DNA of 64,000 nucleotides from Eledone cirrhosa (lineage: Eukaryota). Below the pieces are notes generated by a model. It saw only the letters and a program-made list of their open reading frames with translations, ran no database searches and was not told the origin of the DNA. Shown here piece by piece: positions 12,086-25,265 of the stretch (the first letter of the stretch is position 1; each line of letters begins with the position of its first letter). Where the stretch lies: positions 32,984,001-33,048,000 of the forward strand of contig OZ024749.1 of NCBI GenBank assembly GCA_964016885.1. The letters run 5' to 3'. The translations under genes and the position numbers were made by a program.

Positions 12086-14480
12086 TACTTACTAGTTAGG
12101 CAGGGGCACAGGCAGATAGTGTATAATACCAAGGCATACCCTGGGGAAGAATGTACCCCACAGCATAGGTTAGTTGTTAGTGATATCTCAGTAAGCGAGA
12201 GATGGAATGAGACATATAGGAAGGTGTGGAGAAGAAAGGTCTGGAAGCTAAAAGACCTTTCACTAAAATACAAATTTAGGAAAGCCCTTCAAGATGTATG
12301 TGACGAAAAAGATGATTTAGAGACGTATGACATAGATAATAACTGGAATTTCTTACGTGACAACTTGCTGCAGGCTACTGATGAAACTTGTGGCTGGAGC
12401 AGAGCTCCAACCAGACAGAGAGTGACTTGGTGGTGGAACAGCACAGTAGATAAGGCTATTAGAGACAAAAGACTAGCATGGAAGGCTTGGAAAAAGGGTG
12501 GGAGTAGGGAAGAATATACAGCCACTAAGAGAGAAGCTAGACGTCAGGTGTACTTAGCACGCAGGGAGGCAGAGTAGGAGGTTTGCCAATGTTCTGCGTC
12601 GGGAAGATCAGAGGCGTGCGGTGTTCCACATTGCAAGGCAGTGTGTCAATGCAAATCAGGATGTTGGAGATAAATGTGTCCGGGATGATGCCGGTGTACT
12701 TAGTGTCACGAATGATCAGAAAAAGGAGGCCTGGAAATGTCATTATGAGAGACTAATGAATGTGGAGAATGAATGGGAGAGAGAGAAATTACCCTTGGTA
12801 GATCTGACAGAGGGACCAGCTATTGAGATTGACGAATATAGGGTCCAAGAGGCGATTAGGGAAATGAAAAATGGTAAGGCTGCCAGACCATCGGGAATAG
12901 TTGCTGAGATGCTGAAGGCATCAGGGGACGTAGGCACTAAACTGGCTGCACGCATCATCAATCAGGCTATATATGGTGGTGTCATACCCAAAGAGTGGTG
13001 CACCAGTATTCTCATAAATTGCTACAAAGGTAAAGGGGATGCTCTGGAGAGGAGCAATTATAGGGGTATAAAACTGATAGATCAGGTTATGAAAGTGGCA
13101 GAAAGGATTTTAGCACAACTAATTAGAGAAAGAGTCAAACTAGATGAGATGCAGTTTGGTTTTGTGCCTGGGAAGAGTACAACAGATGCCCTCTTCTTGG
13201 TGAGACAATTGCAAGAGAGGTTCTTAGAGAAGAATAAGCCACTATACTTAGCCTTTGTTGACCTAGAGAAGGCTTTTGATAGGGTACCCCGATCTGTCAT
13301 CTGGTGGTCCCTAAGGAAGCTAGGTGTTGAGGAATGGCTTGTGAGGACAGTGCAAACTTTGTACAGAGGTACTCTCAGTAAAGTCAGGGTAGGAATGGAG
13401 TTTAGTGAGGAATTCCAGATACAAGTAGGAGTACATCAGGGTTCAGTCCTCAGCCCGCTCTTGTTCATTATAGTCCTCGAAGCCATAACAGGAGTTTAAG
13501 ACTGGCTGTCCATGGGAACTTCTCTATGCTGACGATCTGGTTCTTATAGCAGAATCAGTAGAGGAGCTAGAGAATAAATTCTGGCCATGGAAACAGCAGT
13601 TGGAAGCAAGAGGACAGAGTGAACCTAGCTAAGACAAAAGTGTTGATGAGTAGAAAAGAGGACAAAACCCTGATTCCGTCAGGGAAATGGCCATGTTCGA
13701 TATGCAGAAAAGGAACTGGCATAAATTCTATAAAATGCAGACAATGCAGATCCTGGGTACACAAGAGATGTAGCGGGATAGCAGGCAAACTAATAGGAAG
13801 GGAGAAATATGTATGCAGTAGATGTACAGGGAAATTTGACAGTAGAAGTCGCATTGATAGACACATTTTTCAAATGCAGGAGGGCGCTATAGAAGTGGTG
13901 GATAGCTTCCGGTACCTAGGAGATCAGATTAGCATGGGAGGAGGGTGTTCCGAGGCCATAGTATCTAGAATAAGGACGGGCTGGAAGAAGTTTAGGGAGC
14001 TGCTTCCTCTGTTGACGAAGAAGGGTTTCTCCTTGCGTACGAAAGGCCGGTTGTATGATGCCTGTGTGAGGAGCGCAATGCTGCATGGTAGTGAGACATG
14101 GGCAGCAACTGCAGAGGATATGCGACGGCTGGAGAGAAATGAGGCAAGGATGTGCCATGTAAATGTGTGTGAACGACCCAGCATAAATGTGTTGAGAGAG
14201 AAACTGTGTCCGAGAGGGATAGAATATAGTGTACGGGAGAGGAGACTGAGGTGGTATGGACATGTGATGCGCATGGAGGATGACCGATGGGTGAAGAAGT
14301 GCCAGGAATTGCCAGTTGAAGGAAGACGTGGTAGAAGTAGACCACGAAAAACATGGGCGGAGGTGGTGAGAACAGACCTCAGATCATTGGAGGTGACGAG
14401 TGGAGAGATGCTGTGCTGAATAAGACCCATCCCACCCTTGCAAGCAGGGAAAAGCGGACGTAAAATGATGATGATGATGA
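12085..14480 (+). mobile_element. RTE-clade LINE, 5'-truncated and frameshifted (end of APE, RT, PHD-like zinc finger)
   Basis: QHRLV APE end; NYRGIKL, QFGF, FVDLEKAFD, GVHQGSVLSPLLF, LYADD (13522-13536) across frameshifts near 12575, 13492 and 13615; (GAT)n tail. Confidence 0.95.
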
Positions 14481-14482
14481 TA

Positions 14483-14514
<32 letters not shown>

Positions 14515-15008
14515 GCTACTGGGAGAGGCTAAAGGAACTGAACCTCTACTCCTTAGAGCGAAGACGGGAGGGATACGCAGTGAACTACATGTGGAAAATC
14601 CTGGAGGGTCTAGCACCAAACTTTGGCATTGGGAGCTGGACCAACCATCGAACAGGACGTCAAATGTGTGGTGCCAAAGGTCCCGTCTTCCACATCTAGA
14701 ATAAGGAGCAGGTATTGCAATAGCCTGGGATTCAAGGGCCCTCAACTCTTCAACAGGCTGCCGAGTGATCTGAGAGACTTGCATGACGTGGAGGTAGATG
14801 TCTTCAAGAAACATCTCGATACCTTGTTATCCAGGATCCCGGATGAGCCCACAGCAAGACACGAGGGAAACCTAAGGGCAGCAGCAACAAACACCCTCTT
14901 ACACCAGTGGCCAACCTATACAAGCTGGAGATAAAATGTGTAGCAACAAGGGCGGTGCCCCAGCATGGCCTCAGCCGGATGGCTGAAACAGGTAAAAGAG
15001 TAAAAGAG
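14515..15008 (+). mobile_element. 3' end of a CR1/L2-group LINE
   Basis: NSLGFKGPQLFNRLPSDLR...[18 protein letters not shown]-terminus, then tail gtgccccagcatggcc...gtaaaagagtaaaagag. Confidence 0.7.
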
Positions 15009-15038
15009 ATATATATATATATATATACATATACATAC

Positions 15039-15097
<59 letters not shown>

Positions 15098-15211
15098 CAT
15101 ATATATATACGTATATATATATACATATATATATATACATATATATACATATATATATATACATATATATATAGTTAAAAGAATAGAGGTGTAACACACA
15201 AGTTATTATAT

Positions 15212-15618
15212 ATTGGTAAACGGAATAGAAAATGCTGACAAATTGTTCACAGTTGAAAAATGGTATAATTAGGAATAAAAGAGTATTAGTGATTGTATGG
15301 GTTAGTATTCAGTTGTGGTTTTAAGTTTTTAAGTTTTTACCGGTTGCGCATTTCTAAATGCTTTTCAAAAATAATTTTGAGATAGAGTGTCCGTGCTGTT
15401 TGCTCTGATCTGAGATCTCGGATCAGAGCAAACAGCACGGACACTCTATCTCAAAATTATTTTTGAAAAGCATTTAGAAATGCGCAACCGGTAAAAACTT
15501 AAAAACTTAAAACCACAACTGAATACTAACCCATACAATCACTAATACTCTTTTATTCCTAATTAAACCATTTTTCAACTGTGAACAATTTGTCAGCATT
15601 TTCTATTCCGTTTACCAA
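15212..15618. repeat. Near-perfect ~407-bp palindrome with essentially no loop
   Basis: Arms mirror around gagatctc (15412-15419) with very few mismatches. Confidence 0.95.
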
Positions 15619-15645
15619 CATATATATATATATACATATATATAC

Positions 15646-15680
<35 letters not shown>

Positions 15681-15992
15681 CATAAGTTGAAAAAAATGAA
15701 AACGAAAAACGAAATTTCATTTCTCACTCTTAGTATGGCACTTACTTAAATGTAAGTATGTATGTATACGTACATACATATATGTATACAGACGTACAGT
15801 AGCATGTATATATATATATATATATATATACATACATACATGCAGGTACACATACATATATGCACGCATCAGTTTAGCAGACGCTTATTATAGCGCTCGC
15901 TTTGTTCGTTTGTCAACAAACTGAACAGCCTGAATTTATGCCATACGGTGTTAAGGCAACCACGTCACCTTTTTGTTCAACACTGACACAGG

Positions 15993-16037
15993 AACGATGT
16001 ACTAGTTTCAAGCTTGTTAGCTATCATCAGCACCGTT
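15993..16037 (-). ncRNA. Type I hammerhead ribozyme, monomer 1
   Basis: Minus strand aacggtg CTGATGA tagctaacaagctt GAAA cta GTA catcgtt: 7-bp stem I, palindromic ACTAGT stem III. Confidence 0.85.
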
Positions 16038-16456
16038 TACCCATCTGCCAGATAGTTGAACGTTCGAAAGTATATACTTTCCTTATGAAAATTAACGGCT
16101 GAGCAGCCTAATTTGCATATTGAGTGAGTTAAATCGGTCAGGCATACCGAAAACAATAAGTTGAAAAAAATGAAAACGAAAAACGAAATTTCATTTCTCA
16201 CTCTTAGTATGGCACTTAAATGTAAGTATGTATGTATACGTACATACATATATGTATACAGACGTACAGTAGCATGTATATATATATATATATACATACA
16301 TACATGCAGGTACACATACATATATGCACGCATCAGTTTAGCAGACGCTTATTATAGCGCTCGCTTTGTTCGTTTGTCAACAAACTGAACAGCCTGAATT
16401 TATGCCATACGGTGTTAAGGCAACCACGTCACCTTTTTGTTCAACACTGACACAGG

Positions 16457-16501
16457 AACGATGTACTAGTTTCAAGCTTGTTAGCTATCATCAGCACCGT
16501 T
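16457..16501 (-). ncRNA. Type I hammerhead ribozyme, monomer 2
   Basis: Identical to 15993-16037, offset 464 nt. Confidence 0.85.
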
Positions 16502-16924
16502 TACCCATCTGCCAGATAGTTGAACGTTCGAAAGTATATACTTTCCTTATGAAAATTAACGGCTGAGCAGCCTAATTTGCATATTGAGTGAGTTAAATCG
16601 GTCAGGCATACCGAAAACGATAAGTTGAAAAAAATGAAAACGAAAAACGAAATTTCATTTCTCACTCTTAGTATGGCACTTACTTAAATGTAAGTATGTA
16701 TGTATATGTACATACATATATGTATACAGACGTACAGTAGCATGTATATATATATATATATACATACATACATGCAGGTACACATACATATATGCACGCA
16801 TCAGTTTAGCAGACGCTTATTATAGCGCTCGCTTTGTTCGTTTGTCAACAAACTGAACAGCCTGAATTTATGCCATACGGTGTTAAGGCAACCACGTCAC
16901 CTTTTTGTTCAACACTGACACAGG

Positions 16925-16969
16925 AACGATGTACTAGTTTCAAGCTTGTTAGCTATCATCAGCACCGTT
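16925..16969 (-). ncRNA. Type I hammerhead ribozyme, monomer 3
   Basis: Identical to 15993-16037, offset a further 468 nt. Confidence 0.85.
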
Positions 16970-17203
16970 TACCCATCTGCCAGATAGTTGAACGTTCGAA
17001 AGTATATACTTAGCGTCTGCTAAACTGATGCGTGCATATATGTATGTGTACCTGCATGTATGTATGTATATATATATATATATACATGCTACTGTACGTC
17101 TGTATACATATATGTATGTACGTATACATACATACTTACATATATATACATATATATACATATATATATACATATATATACATATATATACATATATATA
17201 TAC

Positions 17204-17270
<67 letters not shown>

Positions 17271-17396
17271 TATATACATATATATATACATATTTACATA
17301 TATATATATATATACATATATATATACATATATATATACATATATATATACATATATACATATATATATACATATATATATATACATATATATACA

Positions 17397-17550
<154 letters not shown>

Positions 17551-17632
17551 CATATATATATACATATATATATATACATATATATATACATATATATATA
17601 CATATATATACATATATATATACACATATACA

Positions 17633-17690
<58 letters not shown>

Positions 17691-17691
17691 C

Positions 17692-17858
<167 letters not shown>

Positions 17859-17955
17859 TATACATATATATATACATATATATATATATACATATATATA
17901 CATATATATATACATATATATACATATATATACATATATATATACATATATATAC

Positions 17956-18176
<221 letters not shown>

Positions 18177-18177
18177 C

Positions 18178-18226
<49 letters not shown>

Positions 18227-18251
18227 CATATATATAAATATATATATATAC

Positions 18252-18294
<43 letters not shown>

Positions 18295-18301
18295 TATATA
18301 C

Positions 18302-18340
<39 letters not shown>

Positions 18341-18425
18341 CATATACCCGTCCAAACCCATGCAAGCGTGGAACACGGACGTTAAACGTTGATGATGATG
18401 ATGATGATGATATATATATATATAC

Positions 18426-18456
<31 letters not shown>

Positions 18457-18705
18457 CATATATTTAAATATACATATATTTAAATATATATATATATATA
18501 CATACATATATATATATGTAGATAAATCTACCAAGAGTTTACGGTAGTGTCCAATCCGTATGAAGAACTCAATGTATTCCGGATATCATGGAAAGAAGAG
18601 ATGTAATGAAAATCCAATTTCGGTGAAAGATAAACGGTATACAGAGTCAAGATAAAATATTAAACAAATAATGAACAAACAATTCCTTATATTAAACAAA
18701 AAAAG

Positions 18706-18860
18706 TTCACTATTTAACGATCGTTTCTAGGGCATATATGTGTTATAATTGGTATGCATATTTAACAGATCTATGTACAAAATTATACAAAATTATACAA
18801 ATTATCAAGATTAAATATACATACCTAACTCATATATACGCCGTCTTCAGAAATAATGAA
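18706..18860 (-). ncRNA. Type I hammerhead ribozyme with a very long stem II
   Basis: Minus strand ttcattattt CTGAAGA [~115-nt hairpin] GAAA cgatc GTT aaatagtgaa: 10-bp stem I, palindromic ACGATCGT stem III. Confidence 0.7.
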
Positions 18861-19634
18861 GTATATTTATTGATAATAACAACAATTCAAAATATCAGTT
18901 CAAAATTGACCAATGAAAACACAAAGGGTTAAAAAGCAGTTTGGTGTGTGTATATACATGTAAAACCCCACACACATTTTACAATAATGTGTGTATAATC
19001 TGTATGTGCATACTAAAAAGATGGATGCAAATAAAAAATTTCAAGGTTAATATCTCTGTAAGCTTAATGCGCTGATAAGATACGCAATGATACTTATGGA
19101 GTCAAGCATATAAATATATTTTTTTCATACTCACACATATCAGTATAATCACACATACATGTGCGTATATATATAAATTTACACATAACCACGAACACAC
19201 AAACACACACACACTCCCCCACTCACATTTATATATGTGGATATAAAATCATAAGCAAATAGAAATTAAGTCACTCACATAAACACACTGGTACACACAT
19301 TTCAAGATCAAGATACAGAAATTAGGTGGGAGGGGGGGGGGGGAGGGGTCAGTATTAGACTGTCAGACCAGACAACCTTAATATAAATGTATCTATAAAT
19401 TATGAAAAATAAAAAAATAAAAACAATAAAGTATAATACATATAATATAATGTACGTACGCATACAGATATACATACACATACATACATGTACGCGCACA
19501 TAGAGATATCTATACATACATACATACACACATACCTATACTGTCATACACACACATACATTTACACGAACATACACATACACATATAAAAAGATATAAA
19601 TACGGACACACACACGCGCAACACATACATACAT

Positions 19635-19687
<53 letters not shown>

Positions 19688-19802
19688 TATACACACACAC
19701 GTAGACTCATATATATATACATACACATACATACATTTATACACAAACATATATATCCCACACTCATACCACCATAAAAACACATACAAACATCCAGATG
19801 TA

Positions 19803-19846
<44 letters not shown>

Positions 19847-20070
19847 TCAACATACACACACATACACACATATGTATATATACATACATATATACACACA
19901 TACACATATATACATATCCACACACACACATAAAATACAGACATGCACATATATATATATATATATATATATATTTCATTACTCTTATATATACACACAG
20001 TATATATACATACACAACCTCACTTATACACATATACACATAAGTTATATTACAATAATAATAAAGAATA

Positions 20071-20101
<31 letters not shown>

Positions 20102-20208
20102 CATATATATACACACATATACACATATACATACACACACATACACATACATACATACATACACATACATACATACATACACATACATACATACACCTAA
20201 ATATAAAC

Positions 20209-20239
<31 letters not shown>

Positions 20240-20264
20240 TTTAAATATATATATATATACATAC

Positions 20265-20297
<33 letters not shown>

Positions 20298-20365
20298 CAT
20301 ATATTTAAATATATATATATATATACATATATTTAAATATATATATATACATATATTTAAATATA

Positions 20366-20458
<93 letters not shown>

Positions 20459-20459
20459 C

Positions 20460-20545
<86 letters not shown>

Positions 20546-20552
20546 GTATATA

Positions 20553-20811
20553 TGTGTTGTTTCCTTGATCAAGACACTTTATTTCACATTGCTCCAGTTT
20601 ACTCAGCTGTAGAAATGAGATGATAGGGACTGGGGTCCTTATCATTCCACTGCAAAGTGGTCGTGGAGGTGCCACGGCAAAAAAGCACCCAGCACTCACT
20701 GTAAATGAGGTTGGTGTTAGGAAGGGCATCCAGCTGTAGAAATCAAGCCAGAAACAGGGCTGTCCCACCCTTGCAAGCAGGGAAAAAGTGGACGTAAAAT
20801 GATGATGATGA

Positions 20812-20813
<2 letters not shown>
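20553..20813 (+). mobile_element. 5'-truncated CORE-type SINE with RTE tail
   Basis: Matches 10303-10568. Confidence 0.85.
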
Positions 20814-20866
<53 letters not shown>

Positions 20867-21059
20867 TATATATATATATATACACACACACATATATATA
20901 TATATACACACATATATATATACACATATATATATATATATACACACACATATATATATATATATACACACACACATATATATATATATATATTTCATTT
21001 CATTTCATTTTATGTCTGCTTTTTCCCTGCTTGCCAGGGTGGGACTCCACATAAATATA

Positions 21060-21092
<33 letters not shown>

Positions 21093-21144
21093 GCAGTAGT
21101 AATGCTCTGACATAGTGCGCGATGTAACAAATGTAACTCACCTC

Positions 21145-21510
21145 CTATATTGAAACATATACAAAATGTTTAAGTATAAACATCTATTTAGCCTTGCTAT
21201 TAAGTTTTAATAATTTGTGATCATGTCACTGTGGTTATCCTTAACAACAAAAGAGAAGCCTCCTGACGGAAATGTTTCTAGATTTTTGTTAGAAGCAAAA
21301 GACTAAGCTTTCAGTTTATTTTTGCTTAGCAGCAAAGAAGTAAGCCACTCTGATAACAGATAAAAATCCAGAAACAGTGTTGTAAGGTCTTCTCTCTCTC
21401 TCTGTTGCTAAGAGTGACAGTGACATGGTCACAACTCACTCATTAAAATTTCATAGCAAGTATAAAAGGTAGTTTATTATACATAAACATTTTGTATGTG
21501 TTTTAATATT
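21145..21510. repeat. Diverged fold-back element (MITE-like), ~365 bp
   Basis: Nested complementary blocks: aaacatatacaaaatgttta/taaacattttgtatgtgttt, ttgtgatcatgtcactgt/acagtgacatggtcacaa, tgtttctagattttt/aaaaatccagaaaca. Confidence 0.7.
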
Positions 21511-21555
21511 CAATCCTGGAGATATATATATATATAATGTCACTCTTCTTTCTTG

Positions 21556-21589
<34 letters not shown>

Positions 21590-21591
<2 letters not shown>

Positions 21592-21888
21592 GATATTAAT
21601 AAATGGAAACTATATTTATAAAACCATATTTATTTCATTATACATATATCAGGGATACCAAATTAAATTATGGTATGCCTTCATATATTGTATTTTGTCT
21701 GATGAAGGCATACCATAATTTAATTTGGTATCCCTGAAATATGTATAATGAAATAAATATGGTTTTATAAATATAGTTTCCATTTATTAATATCGTATAT
21801 CTACTCCAAATACTTGTCGAGTGCTTTATATCAGTTATAAAAATATTTACTTGTTGTATCCCAACAATTTTAAATAGAACTTTTGCAT
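21590..21888 (+). mobile_element. Second copy of the 10724-11158 hammerhead element, with a different inversion breakpoint
   Basis: Inverted partial arm 21590-21684, then a direct copy 21685-21888. Confidence 0.75.
21691..21755 (+). ncRNA. Type I hammerhead ribozyme
   Basis: Same fold as 11049-11113, with one change in loop II. Confidence 0.75.
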
Positions 21889-22693
21889 ATATATATATAT
21901 ATATATATCCAGGATTATATATATATGAGAGAGAGAGATTCTTTCTTGGGATCCTTGTCTGTTTTGAACATTTTTAGATCTCCCAAGACATGTTAAATAA
22001 TGATGATAATGATGATGCACTTGTACATAATTCCATTTGTACATAAATACACATTGTTGCATGCAAACACACACATGCACACATATATATATACATAGAT
22101 ACATATAGCATACATTGTACATACACACACACACCTACAACTGAAAGTCGTTTGAAGTATGTTGTATCAAAACAGTTTTATGATACATGAATGGACAAAT
22201 TTACAAATGACAGGAAATTATAATTCATATTTTAGAACATTGACATAATTTTCTATGTCCCAGTATCCTGTGAGGAAGTTTGATTTCATCACAGGATCCT
22301 GGGATAAGTGAGTAAAAGTGTCCCAATAACAGTAACCCAAATACTCATATGTGAGTCTACTTCACATATAATGCAACGCCTGATATGTTTTAGGTAAAAA
22401 TATTGATTTTGTTTCTTAGAGCTCATGTATAATGCAATCCTAATTTTTAACATCCTTTTATGATTTAGTAGAAAATATCTAAAAGTGGGTTTGTTAATTC
22501 AAATGTTTGTAGCATATTTACTGGTGGACAGATTGTTATAAAAATTTGTAGTATTAGAGTAAAGACTTTAATATTTAACATAATGTAAGTCATAGTGCTG
22601 AATCATTTGTACTTTTCAAGAATGTTTTGCTAATGTGGTTTCATGTAGTACAGGATGAAAAAAATGAAGCCATACTGGAACTCCAATCAAAGT

Positions 22694-22852
22694 AAATATT
22701 TCAGTACTGGGTATATGTGTATGTACCTATATACCCTGTGTATAAGTCCCCCATCTATTTTCAGTACTGGGTATATGTGTATGTACCTATATACCCTGTG
22801 TATAAGTCCCCCATCTATTTTCAGTACTGGGTATATGTGTATATACCTATAT
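22694..22852. repeat. Tandem repeat, 60 bp x ~2.6
   Basis: tattttcagtactgggtatatgtgtatgtacctatataccctgtgtataagtcccccatc repeated. Confidence 0.9.
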
Positions 22853-23174
22853 ATTCATCATCATCATCATCCAGTTTTTTATTATGCAGGACACAATTAA
22901 TCCCTAAGTAGGTGTGAGTCTAGCTGACAGCACTCTTTAGTGTCCCACTCCATGTGTTTCTGTCTGCTGGTCTCATTTGGGCCAGGCCAAGCCTAGCTTG
23001 ATCCCGACGGACATCCTCCATCCAAGTCCTTTTTGGTCTACCTGGCCCTCTACTGCTTCCTGGATTGATTAATGTAAAAGTCCATTCCATCTATAATGTG
23101 ATCCTGGCATTTAAGCACCACAAGCTGAACTTACACATGATCAGAAGGACTATTCTTATGAGGTTCAATTCATT

Positions 23175-23502
23175 CATTTCATTTCACGTCCGCTTTTCCC
23201 TGCTTGCAAGGGTGGGACAGCAACTGATTCTAGCTTGATTTCTACAGCTGGATGCCCTTCCTAACACCAACCTCATTTACAGTGAGTGCTGGGTGTTTTT
23301 TTGCCGTGGCACCTCCACGACCACTTTTCAGTGGAATGATATGGACCCCAGTCCCTATCATCTCATTTCTACAGCTGAGTAAACTGGAGCAACGTGAAAT
23401 AAAGTGTCTTGCTCAAGGAAACAACACATCACCCGGTCTGAGAATTGAACTCACAACCTTTCGATTGCAAGACCAATGCTCTAACCACTAAGCCATGTGC
23501 CT
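23175..23502 (-). mobile_element. Full-length CORE-type SINE with RTE tail
   Basis: Reverse complement of the 10227-10568 / 52499-52841 family. Confidence 0.9.
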
Positions 23503-23549
23503 CTCCTGCAAATTATCTTAGGATCAAAAGACACTTAGGATCAAAAGAC

Positions 23550-25265
23550 ACATTGGCTGGAGGCTTTGATAGACATGTTGGGTAACACCATGATGGATTC
23601 TATGATGTGTATGGAGGTTATGGAGAGGGGGGGGGGTGTGACAAATGAAGAGAGATCAAGATTTCTAGAGTTTTGTGATGTAAATGATTTGACAGGAGAC
23701 CAGCCAGCCATTTGATCACCTATCAATCAGGTGAGCACGGAACACACAAGCCTGATCAACTTTATTTTCTCTAGAAAACATGATGGTTGTAAATACTAAA
23801 ACTTTCCTCGGAGAAGAATGCACCTCCCAATGTAAGTTAGTGATTAGTGACTTTAGAGTACAAGCTAGACACACAGAGAAACAGATGGTCCAGAGAAAAA
23901 AAGATATGGAAGCTTTAAGAGCCTTCAAACAGGCAGAGGTTTAACCATTTAGCATTTACATTACTCTATATTTACTATTGTATTTTTACAGTAAAGACTT
24001 TATCTCACATAATGTCGAATCTATGAGATTTTGATATTATTTATTTTGAGAACAATACCTTAACATCAGTATGAGCAACGGGTTATGGCTGGTTTGAACA
24101 GAAAGAGGTAAGAGAATTCTGGCCGGATACAGCTGGTTTAAATTCTAAATGGTTAAAGACATACTAGAGGAAGCACTTGACATGGAGGATGAGGAGTTAG
24201 AAATATATAACAGAGGATAACTGGGAATTCCTGTGAGATACCTATTGAGGGAGGGGAAAGATGGAAGGTGACATGGTAGTGGAACAGTTCTATAGATAGA
24301 ACCATAAAAGCTGAGAGACAGGATTGGAAAGTGTGGAGGGCTGTGGTTGTTAGGGAACTATACCTAGTATCTAGAAAGAGAGGTCATATGTCAAGAGAGG
24401 AGTCAGGAAGTAAGAAGTTTGCCAATGTTCTGCTATATGAAAATTAGGGTTGTGGAATATTTCAAATTGTAAGACAATGTATAAGAGAGACGTAGGGTGT
24501 TGTGAGAGAGGTGTGTGTTCAGAATAACTGTCTTACCTTTATTGATACCAAATAGAAAATATGGAAGTGTTACTATGAGAGGTTATTGACTGAGGAGAAT
24601 GCATGGGAGAGTGAGTGAAGAACAATAAAAATCGATACTAATATGGTAGATAAAACTATGAGATTTTGAGAACAATACCTTAACGTCAGTATAAGTGGCT
24701 GGTTTGAACAGAAAGAATTGAGATAATTCTGGCTGGATACAGCTGGTTTATACTAAAGGGTTAACAGAGTAGGTGGATGCATTGAAAGTGTTGTAGTCAG
24801 ATGGAAGAAGTTCAGAGATCTGTTACATCTGTTGTTGTCACTCTGACTACAACACTTTCAGTGATCTACCTTCACTGTTCTCAGAGTGAGGGGGTAGAGT
24901 ATATGACACTTGTGTTCAGACTGCTATGTTACATAGCAATAACACACAAACACGAGTACAGAAGCTAAAAAGAAATGAAGCATGCATGCTTTGCTGGATG
25001 TGTAATGTTAATATACATAAATGACAGAACCAGTGAGCTGAGAATAAGAGGAATGTAATGTGCAAGAGAGATGGTTGCACTGGTTTAGTCATGTGATGCA
25101 TAAGGAGAGTAAAAGTCATAATATAAGGCACTGAATGCTTGAAATGGATGGAAGCTGTGGAAGAGGGAGACCTAGGAAGACATGGGATGAAGTTGTGGAG
25201 AATGAGCTCATGAAGGAGATGAGTCAGGACTGAGGTGGTTGGTGATAAATCATAATAGAAAAGAA
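23550..25265 (+). mobile_element. Highly degenerate RTE LINE related to 12085-14480
   Basis: Collinear decayed blocks: ggagaagaatgcacctcccaa, tttgccaatgttctgc, ggaagaagttcagaga, agacctaggaagacatggg. Confidence 0.75.
23941..24156. mobile_element. TTAA-flanked MITE (piggyBac-like) nested in the old LINE
   Basis: ttaaccatttagcattta ... taaattctaaatggttaa terminal inverted repeats; partial copy at 24660-24763. Confidence 0.6.

Larger units (their letters stand above)
15683..17140 (-). mobile_element. Tandem hammerhead-bearing repeat (non-LTR retrozyme / non-autonomous Penelope-like element): ~465-bp monomer x ~2.8 plus an inverted terminal segment
   Basis: Units start at 15683, 16157 and 16621; 17012-17140 is the reverse complement of ~16688-16818; one hammerhead per unit; flanked by (TA)n. 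Confidence 0.8.

Noticed and set aside
15902-16566. Duplicated 66-aa ORFs within the tandem unit
   Set aside because: Non-ATG start, no recognisable homology, and they overlap the antisense hammerhead; the unit is best read as non-coding
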